DNA from: Octopus vulgaris
Taxonomy: Eukaryota
Reading direction: 5' to 3'
Assembly (NCBI GenBank): GCA_951406725.2
Contig: OX597817.1
Coordinates: 67,704,001-67,768,000 of the forward strand
DNA: 64,000 bases
The notes beneath the pieces are model-generated. The model saw only the letters and a program-made list of their open reading frames with translations. It searched no databases and had not been told where the DNA came from. Position numbers and translations under genes: made by a program. Every line of letters starts with the position of its first letter. Position 1 is the stretch's first letter. Positions 53,261 through 64,000 of the stretch are shown in pieces.

Positions 53261-54085
53261 GCTGTGGCAATAATGCTAGAATGGCTACGAAATCATAAAG
53301 ATAACCCTTATCCCAATGATGATGAGAAGGCCATGCTTATAAAGCAAACCGGTCTGACTATCAATCAGATCAACTACTGGTTCACCAACGCACGACGAAG
53401 GATTTTACCAAAGTGGGCTCAAGCACAGGCTCAGGCGCAAGCACAGGCTCGGTCTACCACACCCACCAATAATCAGCTTTCTGTTCAGACAGGACAGCAG
53501 CAGCCACAACAACAACAGCAGCAACAGCAACAACAACAACAACAGCAACAGCAACACCAGCAACAAACTGAATTAATGTCAACAACTGCTCAGCACTCAC
53601 CGAATTCTCCAATCATTACATCAAGCACATTTATTGGTGCTTCTTCCATTAGTGGAGCTGGTTCAAACTTTACCAGTTGTTCAAATAATAATAATAACAA
53701 TAACAATAGTAGTAATAACAATAATAATGATAATAATAACACCAACAATAATAACACAAGTAGTAGTGGCAGTTGTACTATTAGTAGTAGTAGTAGTAGT
53801 AGTAGTAGCAGTAATAGTGGAAGTAGTAATAATAATAGTAACAACTGTAATAATGACAATCCAAGCCCTCATCTCTCGCCATCATCGTCATCATCTTCGT
53901 CACAGCAATCACATCAGCTTCCTTCACAGAGTTCCTCAAATGTAATCAGCGCCCACAGTAGCACACCACCTCCCACTTCTTCAGCCAGACAGAGCCCAGT
54001 TTCTAGATTATCTGAACATTTGACCGAAGCAAATGAATCTCCATCTTCATCGTCAGTGAGATCTGGCTTGACTCTGAAACACTAA
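53261..54085 (+). CDS. TALE homeobox gene, terminal exon (homeodomain + AQ/polyQ/polyN/polyS tail)
   Basis: tttattgtag|GCT acceptor. [52 protein letters not shown] has the TALE PYP loop and WFxNARRR helix 3. TAA at 54083-54085. Confidence 0.95.
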   Translation, partial: AVAIMLEWLRNHKDNPYPNDDEKAMLIKQTGLTINQINYWFTNARRRILPKWAQAQAQAQAQARSTTPTNNQLSVQTGQQQPQQQQQQQQQQQQQQQQHQQQTELMSTTAQHSPNSPIITSSTFIGASSISGAGSNFTSCSNNNNNNNNSSNNNNNDNNNTNNNNTSSSGSCTISSSSSSSSSSNSGSSNNNSNNCNNDNPSPHLSPSSSSSSSQQSHQLPSQSSSNVISAHSSTPPPTSSARQSPVSRLSEHLTEANESPSSSSVRSGLTLKH

Positions 54086-54175
54086 CAATTTTTCCAAAGC
54101 TATAAAACTAAAAGCCAAAGCTATTTGAGCGTTTTTCTGTTTTATATCTATCTCATTCACCTCTCAGGTCTTTTG

Positions 54176-54214
<39 letters not shown>

Positions 54215-54351
54215 TGATAATAATAATGATGATGATGATAATAATGTGCCTTTGAAAGAAAAAAAAAATTGAATAATAAAAAAAGTTAGCTGCATATGTG
54301 GTGTGTTGTATGTATGAATGAACAGTTGATATATGTATATGTATGTATATA

Positions 54352-54383
<32 letters not shown>

Positions 54384-54435
54384 CATACATACAGATATAT
54401 ATATGTATGTGCATGTGTATATATAAAAAGACATG

Positions 54436-54466
<31 letters not shown>

Positions 54467-54522
54467 ACAGATAAATTCCTCTATTTACATAATATTGAGG
54501 TCTCTTTCATTCTTTTGTTGTC

Positions 54523-54553
<31 letters not shown>

Positions 54554-54581
54554 GATACATGTGTGTATGTATGTGTATATT

Positions 54582-54621
<40 letters not shown>

Positions 54622-54681
54622 TGTATATATATATGTATGTGTGTGTATATACATACATATATATATATGTCATACATGTAT

Positions 54682-54722
<41 letters not shown>

Positions 54723-54735
54723 GAGTATGCATGCA

Positions 54736-54788
<53 letters not shown>
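54176..54788. repeat. Compound microsatellite block (ATA/ATG, TA, TG, CA) just 3' of the stop codon
   Basis: Direct reading; source of many spurious ORFs. AATAAA at 54275-54280. Confidence 0.9.
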
Positions 54789-54789
<1 letters not shown>

Positions 54790-55547
54790 CTAAAATCTCA
54801 ACTTAACTCTTACAGAATCCTTGTTACCACAATGAAGATGAAAAAAAAAATACATGTAATAATACACAAAAAAAATGGGGTGCAGGGGGTGTTTTTTATC
54901 ATTGTGCCTTTGTATATAATAACTTCAGCTCAGTTGTATGGGGTGGGGTGGGGTTACTTTTTTTTTTTTTTGTGGCGGTGGAGGTTTGTGACACACATGT
55001 ATACTAATGTCAATAATAAGCTGCAGCTTTTGTTGGTGTTGTTGTTATTGTTTTCTTGCATCTGACATTGTTTTTTTTTTCCCTAACACATCCACCAAAA
55101 TATATTTTTTTTTGTATTTTTTTTTTTTCTAATCTTATCTTGCTTTAGAAAATAGCTCATGTACAAAATACAAATGAAATGAATAATACAAGAAAGAGAA
55201 AAGAAACCCACCCTCATTTTTTTGTTTGTTTGTTTGTTTTACTTTTTTTTTTTTTTTTTTTTTTTTAATAAATATCATCTTAACATCCAACTCATTTACA
55301 ATTTCACCTCATCTATCTTGGAGGGCCTGCAAAGGTCTTGGGTATAATCCCTTCCTCCAGACCTAACTAATAATAATAATAATAAAAAGAATGAAAAAAA
55401 TGGGAACTTTTCACGCAATTTGTTGGACTCATTATTTCTTTAATCTCTTGTATTAGAATTATGTTTTTCCTTTCACAAAAAAAAATATAATTCTTAACTG
55501 TTAATTCTTAACACTGGTTTGGTTGAAATAATTGACACTTGTCATTC

Positions 55548-55802
55548 TATATTACATACATATGAGAGGGATGACCACTATGTGGACAACCCTAATGCTA
55601 GAAGTAGATTTGCTATGGTCTTACCACTAAGAAATGATTAATCTATATTTTTGTTACTTTTCATTTGTCTTGCTCACTTAACATTTCTGGTGTTAGCTAA
55701 ATTTTCTAGAGAACATTTCTTAGTGGTAAGACCATAGCATGTCTACTTCTAGCATTAGGGTTGTCCACATAGTGGTCATCCCTCTCATATGTATGTAATA
55801 TA
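55548..55802. repeat. 89-bp inverted repeat (2 mismatches) with 77-nt spacer
   Basis: 55548-55636 vs 55714-55802 (TATTACATACATATGAGAGGGATGACCACTATGTGGACAACCCTAATGCTAGAAGTAGA...). Confidence 0.9.
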
Positions 55803-56037
55803 ATTTACTGAACCTTCAGTTTTTTAATATGCTAGACCACTGGTGTTAAATTGATGTTATCAAATTAATATCCAATTTTTCACCCTCATTTTAATTATAT
55901 ATATATAATCATCCGAAAATGCGAGGATGATCCGGTTCTTGACTGAAGATTGAAGGCTTCGAATGTCCCATCCGTGTTTTTTGTATCGTCTTCTAAATGT
56001 TTTGCGTTCTTGTCCCAGTTTGTATTTTTTTACATAT

Positions 56038-56083
<46 letters not shown>

Positions 56084-57112
56084 CTTGGTAGCTACAGCTT
56101 CAAGGGTGAAACATATAAAAGAATATATAAATTTATATATCATATATATGTAACCTTTTATGATTGCAGCATACAGTAAACATCTAAAATATATCAACAC
56201 AGTTTCTTGCTAGGAATGTGCCTCAAACAAGCTGAAACCAAAGGTCAGCGACTTAATCTTTGGTGATACAATAACGACAGTGCTAATAATGATAATAAAT
56301 AAGTAAATAACTAGATAACTTAGTTATAATATCTAGTCATGTCATGATTATTAGTGTAATATATTTATTCATTGGCTAGAATGTTTGTGACATAAGAACA
56401 GTATGTTTGTGTACATTGTAATCAAAATGGGATGGATGTTTCACAATACTGTAATGGAGTAGATGGAGGTAAAGAAAAAGCATAAAATGAAAGAAATTTA
56501 ACGAATTAGAGAGAGTTTTTTTTTTAACTATTATTGTTGATTACCTCTAGCATTTAAATTACTGTCAAATGTAATACTTATTTATTCACATTGTTTTGAG
56601 CAAATTATTTATATGCCTTGGTGTGTGTACAGTGAAAATTCTTTTATTCTTGTACTTGTTTCATTCATTTGACTGTGGTCATGCTGGAGTACCACCTTGA
56701 ACTGTTATTTTTTTTAGTTGAACAAATCAATCCCAGGACTTATTTTTTTAAGCCTAGTACTTATTCTATTGGTCTCTTTTATCAAACTGCTAAGTTACAG
56801 GGATGTAATCACACCATTGGTTGTCAAGCGGTGATGGGAGGACAAACAAAGACACACACACACATAAATATATACATATACTTTTATATATACAGTAATC
56901 ACTCAGCTATTATGGGACTTACATTCTACCCCCAGCCTTGCGAAAGGTGAAAATCCGTGAAGTAGAAACTACTCTACTGTGTATTTTTATAATTTGCATA
57001 TATTTATTTTATTATAAATGCAAAACACACTCACATCCCAAGTTTCATTTTCCATACTGTATGTGTGATTCATTGTTTGTGCATCTACAGTACACTTTCT
57101 TTTTCTTTTACT

Positions 57113-57512
57113 TTCTTTTACTTGTTTCAGTCATTTTGACTGCGGCCATGCTGGAGCACCGCCTTTTAGTCAAGCAACTCGACCCCGGGACTCATTCTTT
57201 TTGTAAGCCCAGTACTTATTCTATCGGTCTCTTTTTGCCGAACCGCTAAGTGACGGGGATGTAAACACACCAGCATCGGATGTCAAGCAATGCTAGGGGA
57301 ACAAACACAGACACACAAACACACACACATACATATATATACATATATACGACAGGCTTCTTTCAGTTTCCGTCTACCAAATCCACTCACAAGGCATTGG
57401 TCGGCCCGGGGCTATAGCAGAAGACACTTGCCCAAGATGCCACGCAGTGGGACCGAACCCGGAACCATGTGGTTGGTTAGCAAGCTACTTACCACACAGC
57501 CACCCCTGCGCC
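57113..57512 (-). mobile_element. SINE family 1 copy (young, CpG-rich)
   Basis: Full-length; retains most CpGs. Confidence 0.85.
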
Positions 57513-58371
57513 TATGTATTTTCTTTTAATATATTAATGTGTTATACAGTGCAACACTGTATTTTTATTCATTAATTTTTAGGCATGAAAAATGCTTATT
57601 TTAACCTCAGAAATAATTAAAATTTAAAAAATATAAATACATATTGGCCACAGAAACCCATGATATACGGAGGAGTTCACAATATAAATTTACATATATT
57701 AGCCAGAAAAATCCGCAATGTACTGAGGGTGTGATAGGTGAACCGCGATATGGCATGATTACTGCATAAATATATATATATATATGTATACAATAATCAC
57801 ATCATATCGCAGTTCATTTTCCATACATATATATATATATAAATATGTATATATGATGGACTTCTCAGTTTATGTCTACCAAATTCACTCACAAGGCTCT
57901 GCTCAGACCAAGGCTATAGTAGATTACACTTGCCCAAGGTACCACGCAGTGAGACTGAACCAGGGACCATGTGGTTAGAAAGTAAGCTTCTTACCACACA
58001 GCCACATTATATATTTCAGCAAAGGCACATGCCTTGGAAGTTAGGGTGTTGCACTCATAATCATTAGACTGTGGTTTCAATTCCTGGACCAGGCAATGCA
58101 TTGTGTTCTTGAGCAAAACATTTCATTTCACGTTGCTCCAGTCCACTCAACTGGTAAATAAGAGTAATCTTGTGATGGGCCGGTGTCCCATCCAGGGAGA
58201 AATATATATATATATGCTTGAGAAATCAACCTTGTGCCCCTTACAGAGTAATGTAGACTTGGGGGCTGGTGCAGCCTCTTGGCTTCCCAGACCCCAGTTG
58301 AACCATCTAACCCATGACAGCATGGAAAATGGACATTAAATGATGATGTATACTTATCACATAGCCACTCC

Positions 58372-59012
58372 ATACAGGAGTGGCTATGTGATAAGTAGCT
58401 TGTTTACCAACCACATGGTTCTGGGTTCTGTTCCACTACATGGCACCTTGGGCAAGTGTCTTCTACTATAGGTTCAGGCTGACCAAAGTCTTGTGAGTGG
58501 ATTTGGTAGATGGAAACTAAAATAAGCCCGTCGTATATATAGATATATATGTGTGTGTGTGTATGTTTGTGTGTCTGCATTTGTATTCCCACCATTGCTT
58601 GACAACTGATGGTGTGTTTACATCCCATAACATAGCGGTTCAGCAAAAGAGACCGCTAGAATAAGTACTAGGCTTACAAAGAATAAGTCCTGGGATCGAT
58701 TTGTTTGAGTAAAGGTGGTGCTCCAGCATGGCTGCAGTCAAATGACTGAAACAAATAAAAGAATATATATATATATATATATATAGGTGCAGAAGTGGCT
58801 GTGTGGTAAGTAGCTTGCTTACCAACCACATGGTTCCAGGTTCAGTCCCACTGTGTGGCAGGCACCTTGGGCAAGTGTCTTCTACTATAGCCTCGGGCTG
58901 ACCAAAGCCTTGTGAGTACTAGGCTTACAAACAATAAGTCCTGGGGTCAATTTGCTCGACTAAAGGCGGTGCCCCAGCATGGCTGCAATTAAATGACTGA
59001 AACAAGTAAAAG
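58372..59012 (+). mobile_element. Two tandem SINE family 1 copies (58372-58762; 58787-59012, internally deleted)
   Basis: Two heads and two tails separated by (TA)n. Confidence 0.8.
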
Positions 59013-59839
59013 ATCATCATCATCATCATCGTTTAAAGTCCGTTCTCCATGCCAGTATGGGTTGGACGGTTCGACCGGGGATCTGGGAAGCCAGAAGGCT
59101 GCACCAGGCTCCAGTCTTATCTGGCAATGTTTCTACAGCTGGATGCCCTTCCTAACGCCAACCACTCCGTGAGTGTAGTGGGTGCTTTTTACGTGCCACC
59201 TGCACAGGTGCCAGGCGAGGCTGGCAACGGCCACGAGTCGCATACATACGTGCACACACTAATTTTTTCTGAGTTTTCATCTAGCAAATCTATTCACAAA
59301 GCTTTGAACAACTATAGTAAAAGACATTCATCCAGGATGGCACACTGTATCTGGAACCGTGTGGTTGGGAAACAAACTTCTTAACTACATACACACATGC
59401 ACAAACACAGACGTGTGTGTGTGTATTTATATGTATATTGTATAGATAGACAGATAGATTTGTTACTATAAACTGGATAAATAGACCACAAAACATGAGT
59501 TTATGTATTTTCCCTCTCTATTAGGAGGCACAAGGACTTATACACACATGTACACACACGACAGAAACTTGCCCAAGGTGCCATGTTGTGGGACTGAACC
59601 TGAAACCATGTGGTTGGGAGGCAAGCTCCCTAACCACACAGCCATACCTGTGCCTACCGAAAAAAATGTATTTACATATGTGTACCACTATTTGTATGGT
59701 AGGTTTTGTATATCCAGATGATCTCCCTAGCAAATGTTAGAAAATGACTCAGTAATCCTTGAGTCACTTTGTATTGGATCAAGGGCCTTTGAGTAACTCC
59801 TGCCGATTAAAATATATGTATATACATAATGCATCCCCA

Positions 59840-60085
59840 CATGATGGCTGCCCCCTCATTATCGAGTATGGCCATTGCACAAAGCTTAACTGTTATTGGT
59901 GCCGTGATCGAATGTGACTTTTTGGCCCAGCTAAAGATCTACAATGTCTTGTACAGAATTCGCAACTAAAACCTTTACCTGTAATAGCCGGCTGTAGTTG
60001 TAACTGGGCTTCATGTACCTTTGCATGTCGTTTAAGTCCTCCCGCCGAATTAAACTCTCTTCCACATGCCTGACATATGATTAGT
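59840..60085 (-). mobile_element. RTE-type LINE 3' end with two C2H2-like fingers
   Basis: CQACGREFNSAGGLKRHAKVH and CEFCTRHCRSLAGPKSHIRSRH*, followed by a short 3' UTR (GGCCATACTCGATAATGAGG..GCAGCCATCA). Confidence 0.6.
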
Positions 60086-61337
60086 ACCGTGTGTAACACC
60101 ACCACCAGTTGCCAGGTTGTATGTATACACATATGTGTACATACATAATTTCTAATACTATCAATGAATAACAATGTAGATTACTGTTGTGTATTTTGCA
60201 GTCCTTGGACTGTTTTCTATAGAATTGTCCCAACCTTGCCACACCACCCTATTTCAGCAGTGTTTGTGAGACCAAGAGTTGTTAACAGCTACAAAAAATA
60301 CATTTGTTGCATGCATTTGAAAAGAAGATTGGTGAGTATATATATGTGTATGAAGATCTAATCAAGGTGGATATGTTAACACTATAAGAAGGGACTGTTT
60401 AATGTGCTGCTCAAGTTGATAGAAATAGCAGCTATCTCTCCCTTCCTTGAATCTTATCATTGCATCTTAAAACAAAAAAAAAAAGCAATGGATATATCAG
60501 GAGTTGGTTACGACTGCTATGTATATAAGATAATAGGTCTGTCAAGTCAGTCAGGATTAACCTGGGGCTAAACGACGGCAGCAACAATACCACACAATAA
60601 CTTAACTATTAACCTCTTTCTGCTATATATCTTTATATACTTACATCAATGTCTTTATATAATATCTTTATATACTGCCATCATATGTGTGTGTGCGTGT
60701 ATTTTTGTTTCTATTGTTGATATATATAAGCTTGGGGACATTAGATAAACATGTTACAAACAATAATTCTGTTTCGTGGTATGTATGTTATTTTTGCACA
60801 GATGTGTATTTTATTTGTGGTGCTCATATGGATATCTTTGTATGTGTGTATATACATATGTGTATGTGTGTATATATATATTTTAAAATTGTGATTGTAT
60901 GCAAATAAGCTTGTATTGAACCAGTAGATCACTGTTTACCCAACACAAGAGCTTTTCTTTGTTTGGAAGTACACGCATGTAAATACATACTTATGCAATT
61001 TGTGAAGGTGCATGGCTCAGTGGTTAGAGCGTCGAGCTTACAATCATGAGGTTGTGAGTTCGAATCTCGAACCAGGCTGTTCGTGAGCAAGACACTTTAT
61101 TTCTCAGCTGTAGAAATGAGTTGCGACATCACGGGTGCCAAGCCGTATCGGCTTTCCCTTGGATAACACTGGTGGCGTGGAGAGGGGAGGCCGGTATGCA
61201 TGGGTGACTGCTGGTCTTCCATAAACAACCTTGCCCGGACATGTGCCTGGGAGGGTAGCTTTCTTTGTGCAATCCCACAGTCAATAATGACTGAAGGGGG
61301 TCTCATATGCAATTAAATATGTGTGTGTATATATATA

Positions 61338-61556
61338 CAGGGTGATTGAAAAGTAACTGCCTATTTTAAAATACTTATAAATTATTTGTTAATTGTAATT
61401 TTTACCAAAAATAAATGGATATGAAAGGAAAGCTTTCAGCATGAGCTTTTATTTATACTTCAAAGAACAAACACAAAAATAATTTGAGAAAATCATTACA
61501 ATTAATAAGTAATTTATAAGTATTTTAAAATAGGGAGTTACTTTTCAATCACCCTG
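61338..61556. mobile_element. Tc1/mariner-type MITE
   Basis: TIRs CAGGGTGATTGAAAAGTAACT.CCTATTTTAAAATACTTATAAATTA and its reverse complement, extending to ~60 bp; TA on the left, TG on the right. Confidence 0.85.
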
Positions 61557-61624
61557 TGTGTGTGTGTCTATATATATATGTGTGCATGTGTATATGTGTG
61601 TATATCTATATGTGTGTGTGTATG

Positions 61625-61655
<31 letters not shown>

Positions 61656-61883
61656 AGGTTAGAAACGGAACTTTAAATCGAATACATATCATAGTGCTCA
61701 AGAGATTTGAACTTGAGCAGGTAGAGGAGTAAATGTAAGGGATAAGCAAGTTAGGTAAGTCAATATACAAAAAATAGAACACATTTAGTACAAAAATATG
61801 TACATATGTATACATATAAAGAAGTCCGACTTACACAGAATAGGAATGATATCAGGGATTAAAGCGATTGAATCATTACAAGG

Positions 61884-61972
61884 CCGACAACTGTTTCTGG
61901 AGGTTTGGTGGTCCAAAATAATGATTGTAACTTGATTCCATTATCGGATAACACCAGCCTCTATCTTCAGGG
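61884..61972 (-). ncRNA. Type I hammerhead ribozyme-like motif in a probable Penelope-like terminal repeat
   Basis: Minus strand: CC-CTGAAGA-TAGAGGCTGGTG...CACCAAACCTCCA-GAAAC-AGTT-GTC-GG; stem II pairs, minimal stem III, stem I only 2 bp. Confidence 0.45.
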
Positions 61973-63000
61973 AAGAGTTATATATATATGTTTATATATA
62001 TTTACTTGTTTCCGTCATTGGACTGTGGGTATGTTGGGACACTGCTTTGGAGGGTTTTAGTTGAATGAAACATCCTCATTATATAATTGTTTTCGTATTG
62101 AAGTCTGATACTTGTTCTGTCGGTGTCTTCTACTGAAACACTGAGTTTCAGGGACATGAACAATCAACAATGGTTGTCAATTGGTCCCTTGGATAAACAC
62201 AAACATGCCTGTGCGCACACACACACACACACACATATGACAGGCTTCCATACAGTTTCCATCTTCCAGATTCACTCATGAGACATTGGTCAGCCCAGGG
62301 ATATAGTAGAAGACACTTGTCCAAAAGTACTGCACTGAGTCCAAACCCCAAACCACATGGTTGAGAAGTGAGCTTCTTAACCACTCAGCTAAACTTGTGC
62401 CTAAATATACACACACACATATACATAATCTGACATGCTGCCAATCAATTTCTACCTACCAAATTTTATTCTCAAGGCTTTGTTTGACACAAATCTATAA
62501 TAGAAAATATTTGCTCCATGTGTTACACAACAGAGTTGACTCTAGAATCATGTACTTAACTCCCATATTAAAGTATTGAGCTAATTTTAGCTGTTTTCCC
62601 TAATACTATCATGTATTTTCATCTGTCCCTTTCTTTCATTCTGTATACCTAACATTTTTTCATCGTTTATTATATTGACACAAACATTAATTGGTGCTAT
62701 GCAGTTCAAAATGCTTCTTCCAGCATTCTGGAATCATTTTTATTAAAATGAATGAGGACCCATTCCCATTAATTCAAGAGGAAATTATCTCTTGCCATTA
62801 TTTGAAATCAGCTATAAACAAACCAAAACTGTTTCACAAGACTGCCAAGACTGAATATATTATTAAAAACAGTTAATCTAAGTTTGCCAACACACATAAA
62901 TATTGATTAATTTTGAAATAGAGGAGTCACTGTTTTACTACTACAATCCATTTTTTGCTTGCTGAATAAAGCTTTACTTCTATCCATGCTAGCCATTTAG

Positions 63001-63360
63001 TTAGTTAGTTAGTTAATTTGGCTCAAAAGCAAATAGCAAGGCCATGTAGGGGGACATGGAGTTAAGTACAGGGTTGTGTTCATGTAAAGAGTTCAGGCCA
63101 CTTGAGGTCAAGGTCTGCTGAACAGCGCACATGGTTGAGTGATTAGCCCTGGCTGTCGTTATCTCTATTTCTTCAACACCCATCCAATTTGACAATGTCC
63201 TTGCACTACTCAGAAAATTAATTTTTTCTCCAATTCTTCATTTTGATACATCGACTACTTTTCTCCTTTATGGATGCCAAACTTCTTTTCAAACTTGTGA
63301 CACAGAAGATAGAGCTTATTTCACTGGTAATTTTTTTATAGGGTTCCCCGTTGCTTTTCT
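63001..63360 (-). mobile_element. Probable LINE 3' fragment with (AACT)n tail
   Basis: Short (TTAG)n tail abutting unique-looking sequence; no clear protein motif recovered. Confidence 0.35.
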
Positions 63361-64000
63361 TTCTTGTCAAGCTAGTCTGTTCTAAAGTGCAATTCCTATA
63401 TTAAACATTCAATAAATAAATTACTTATAGCCCAGAAACCCTATGTGATCTAATTCAACTGATCAGTGAGAGGAAATAATATTGCAATAAACTGAGATTA
63501 AAAGGATAAAGTTTAAAGACACCTTTCAGTCATGAATGACCAGGGGATTGCACCTAGAAAGTTACCCTCCAAAGCACAAGTCCAGGCAAGGTTGTTTCTG
63601 GAAGACCAACAGGCATCCATGCATACCAGTCTCCCCCTCCCCACACCAACACCACTGATGTTATCCAAGGGAAAGGCAAAGGCCAATACAGCTTAGCACC
63701 AGTGACGTCACAACTCATTCCTACCGCTGAGTGAACTGGAGCAACGTGAAATAAAGTGTCTTGCTCAAGAAGACAACACACAGCCTGGTCTGGAATTGAA
63801 CTCACTACCTCATGATTGTGAGCCTGACACTCTAACCACTGTGGTTACCCCAATAATATGTATTTATCAGTATGGATTTGTCATCCTGGCTTGTCTGTTC
63901 TATGCATGACTTGTGCCCCTCAACATAACATTTGTCTTACCTTTAGAATATCTTTACTTAACAATTGACAACTATTTTGCTTATCATAATACAATTCACA

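Noticed and set aside
53590-53945. Leu/Val/Ile-rich ORFs resembling membrane proteins
   Set aside because: Alternative frames of the AAT/AGT repeats in the terminal exon.
54153-55065. Cluster of YI/CV-repeat ORFs (also 7350-7624, 23645-24102, 30073-30313)
   Set aside because: Translations of dinucleotide microsatellites.
55905-55975. CTGAAGA hammerhead-like box
   Set aside because: No downstream GAAA core with compatible stems.
1-64000. CRISPR array or prokaryotic operon
   Set aside because: No regularly spaced repeat-spacer structure; the sequence is intron-rich eukaryotic DNA.

Overview
AT-rich, repeat-dense eukaryotic DNA. The SINE families and (TA)/(TC)/(CA) microsatellites are what I associate with octopod cephalopod genomes; this is inference, not checked. 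One host gene spans most of the window on the + strand: a divergent TALE-class homeobox gene. I assembled it by hand from five phase-compatible GT-AG exons (17669-20753, 40055-40164, 48898-49023, 50745-50855, 53261-54085), about 1417 aa if ATG 17672 is the start; upstream exons are possible. It encodes a ~950-aa low-complexity N-terminus, a diverged MEIS/PKNOX-type (HPLFPLL) domain, an atypical homeodomain (H5, Y47, T50) and a polyQ/N/S tail. The rest is mobile-element debris: an ISL2EU-like transposon (THAP + SWIM, TIRs, AT TSD), a complete 393-bp TRIM-like LTR element (PBS, PPT, 5-bp TSD), a DD37D/maT remnant, a Helentron-type element, TTAA and TA MITEs, Dong/R4 and RTE LINE fragments, at least four SINE families, a 5S rRNA-headed repeat, two hammerhead-ribozyme-like motifs and several long hairpins. 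Most short ORFs in the supplied track are repeat artefacts. All coordinates were read by eye; repeat boundaries are approximate unless TSDs are given.
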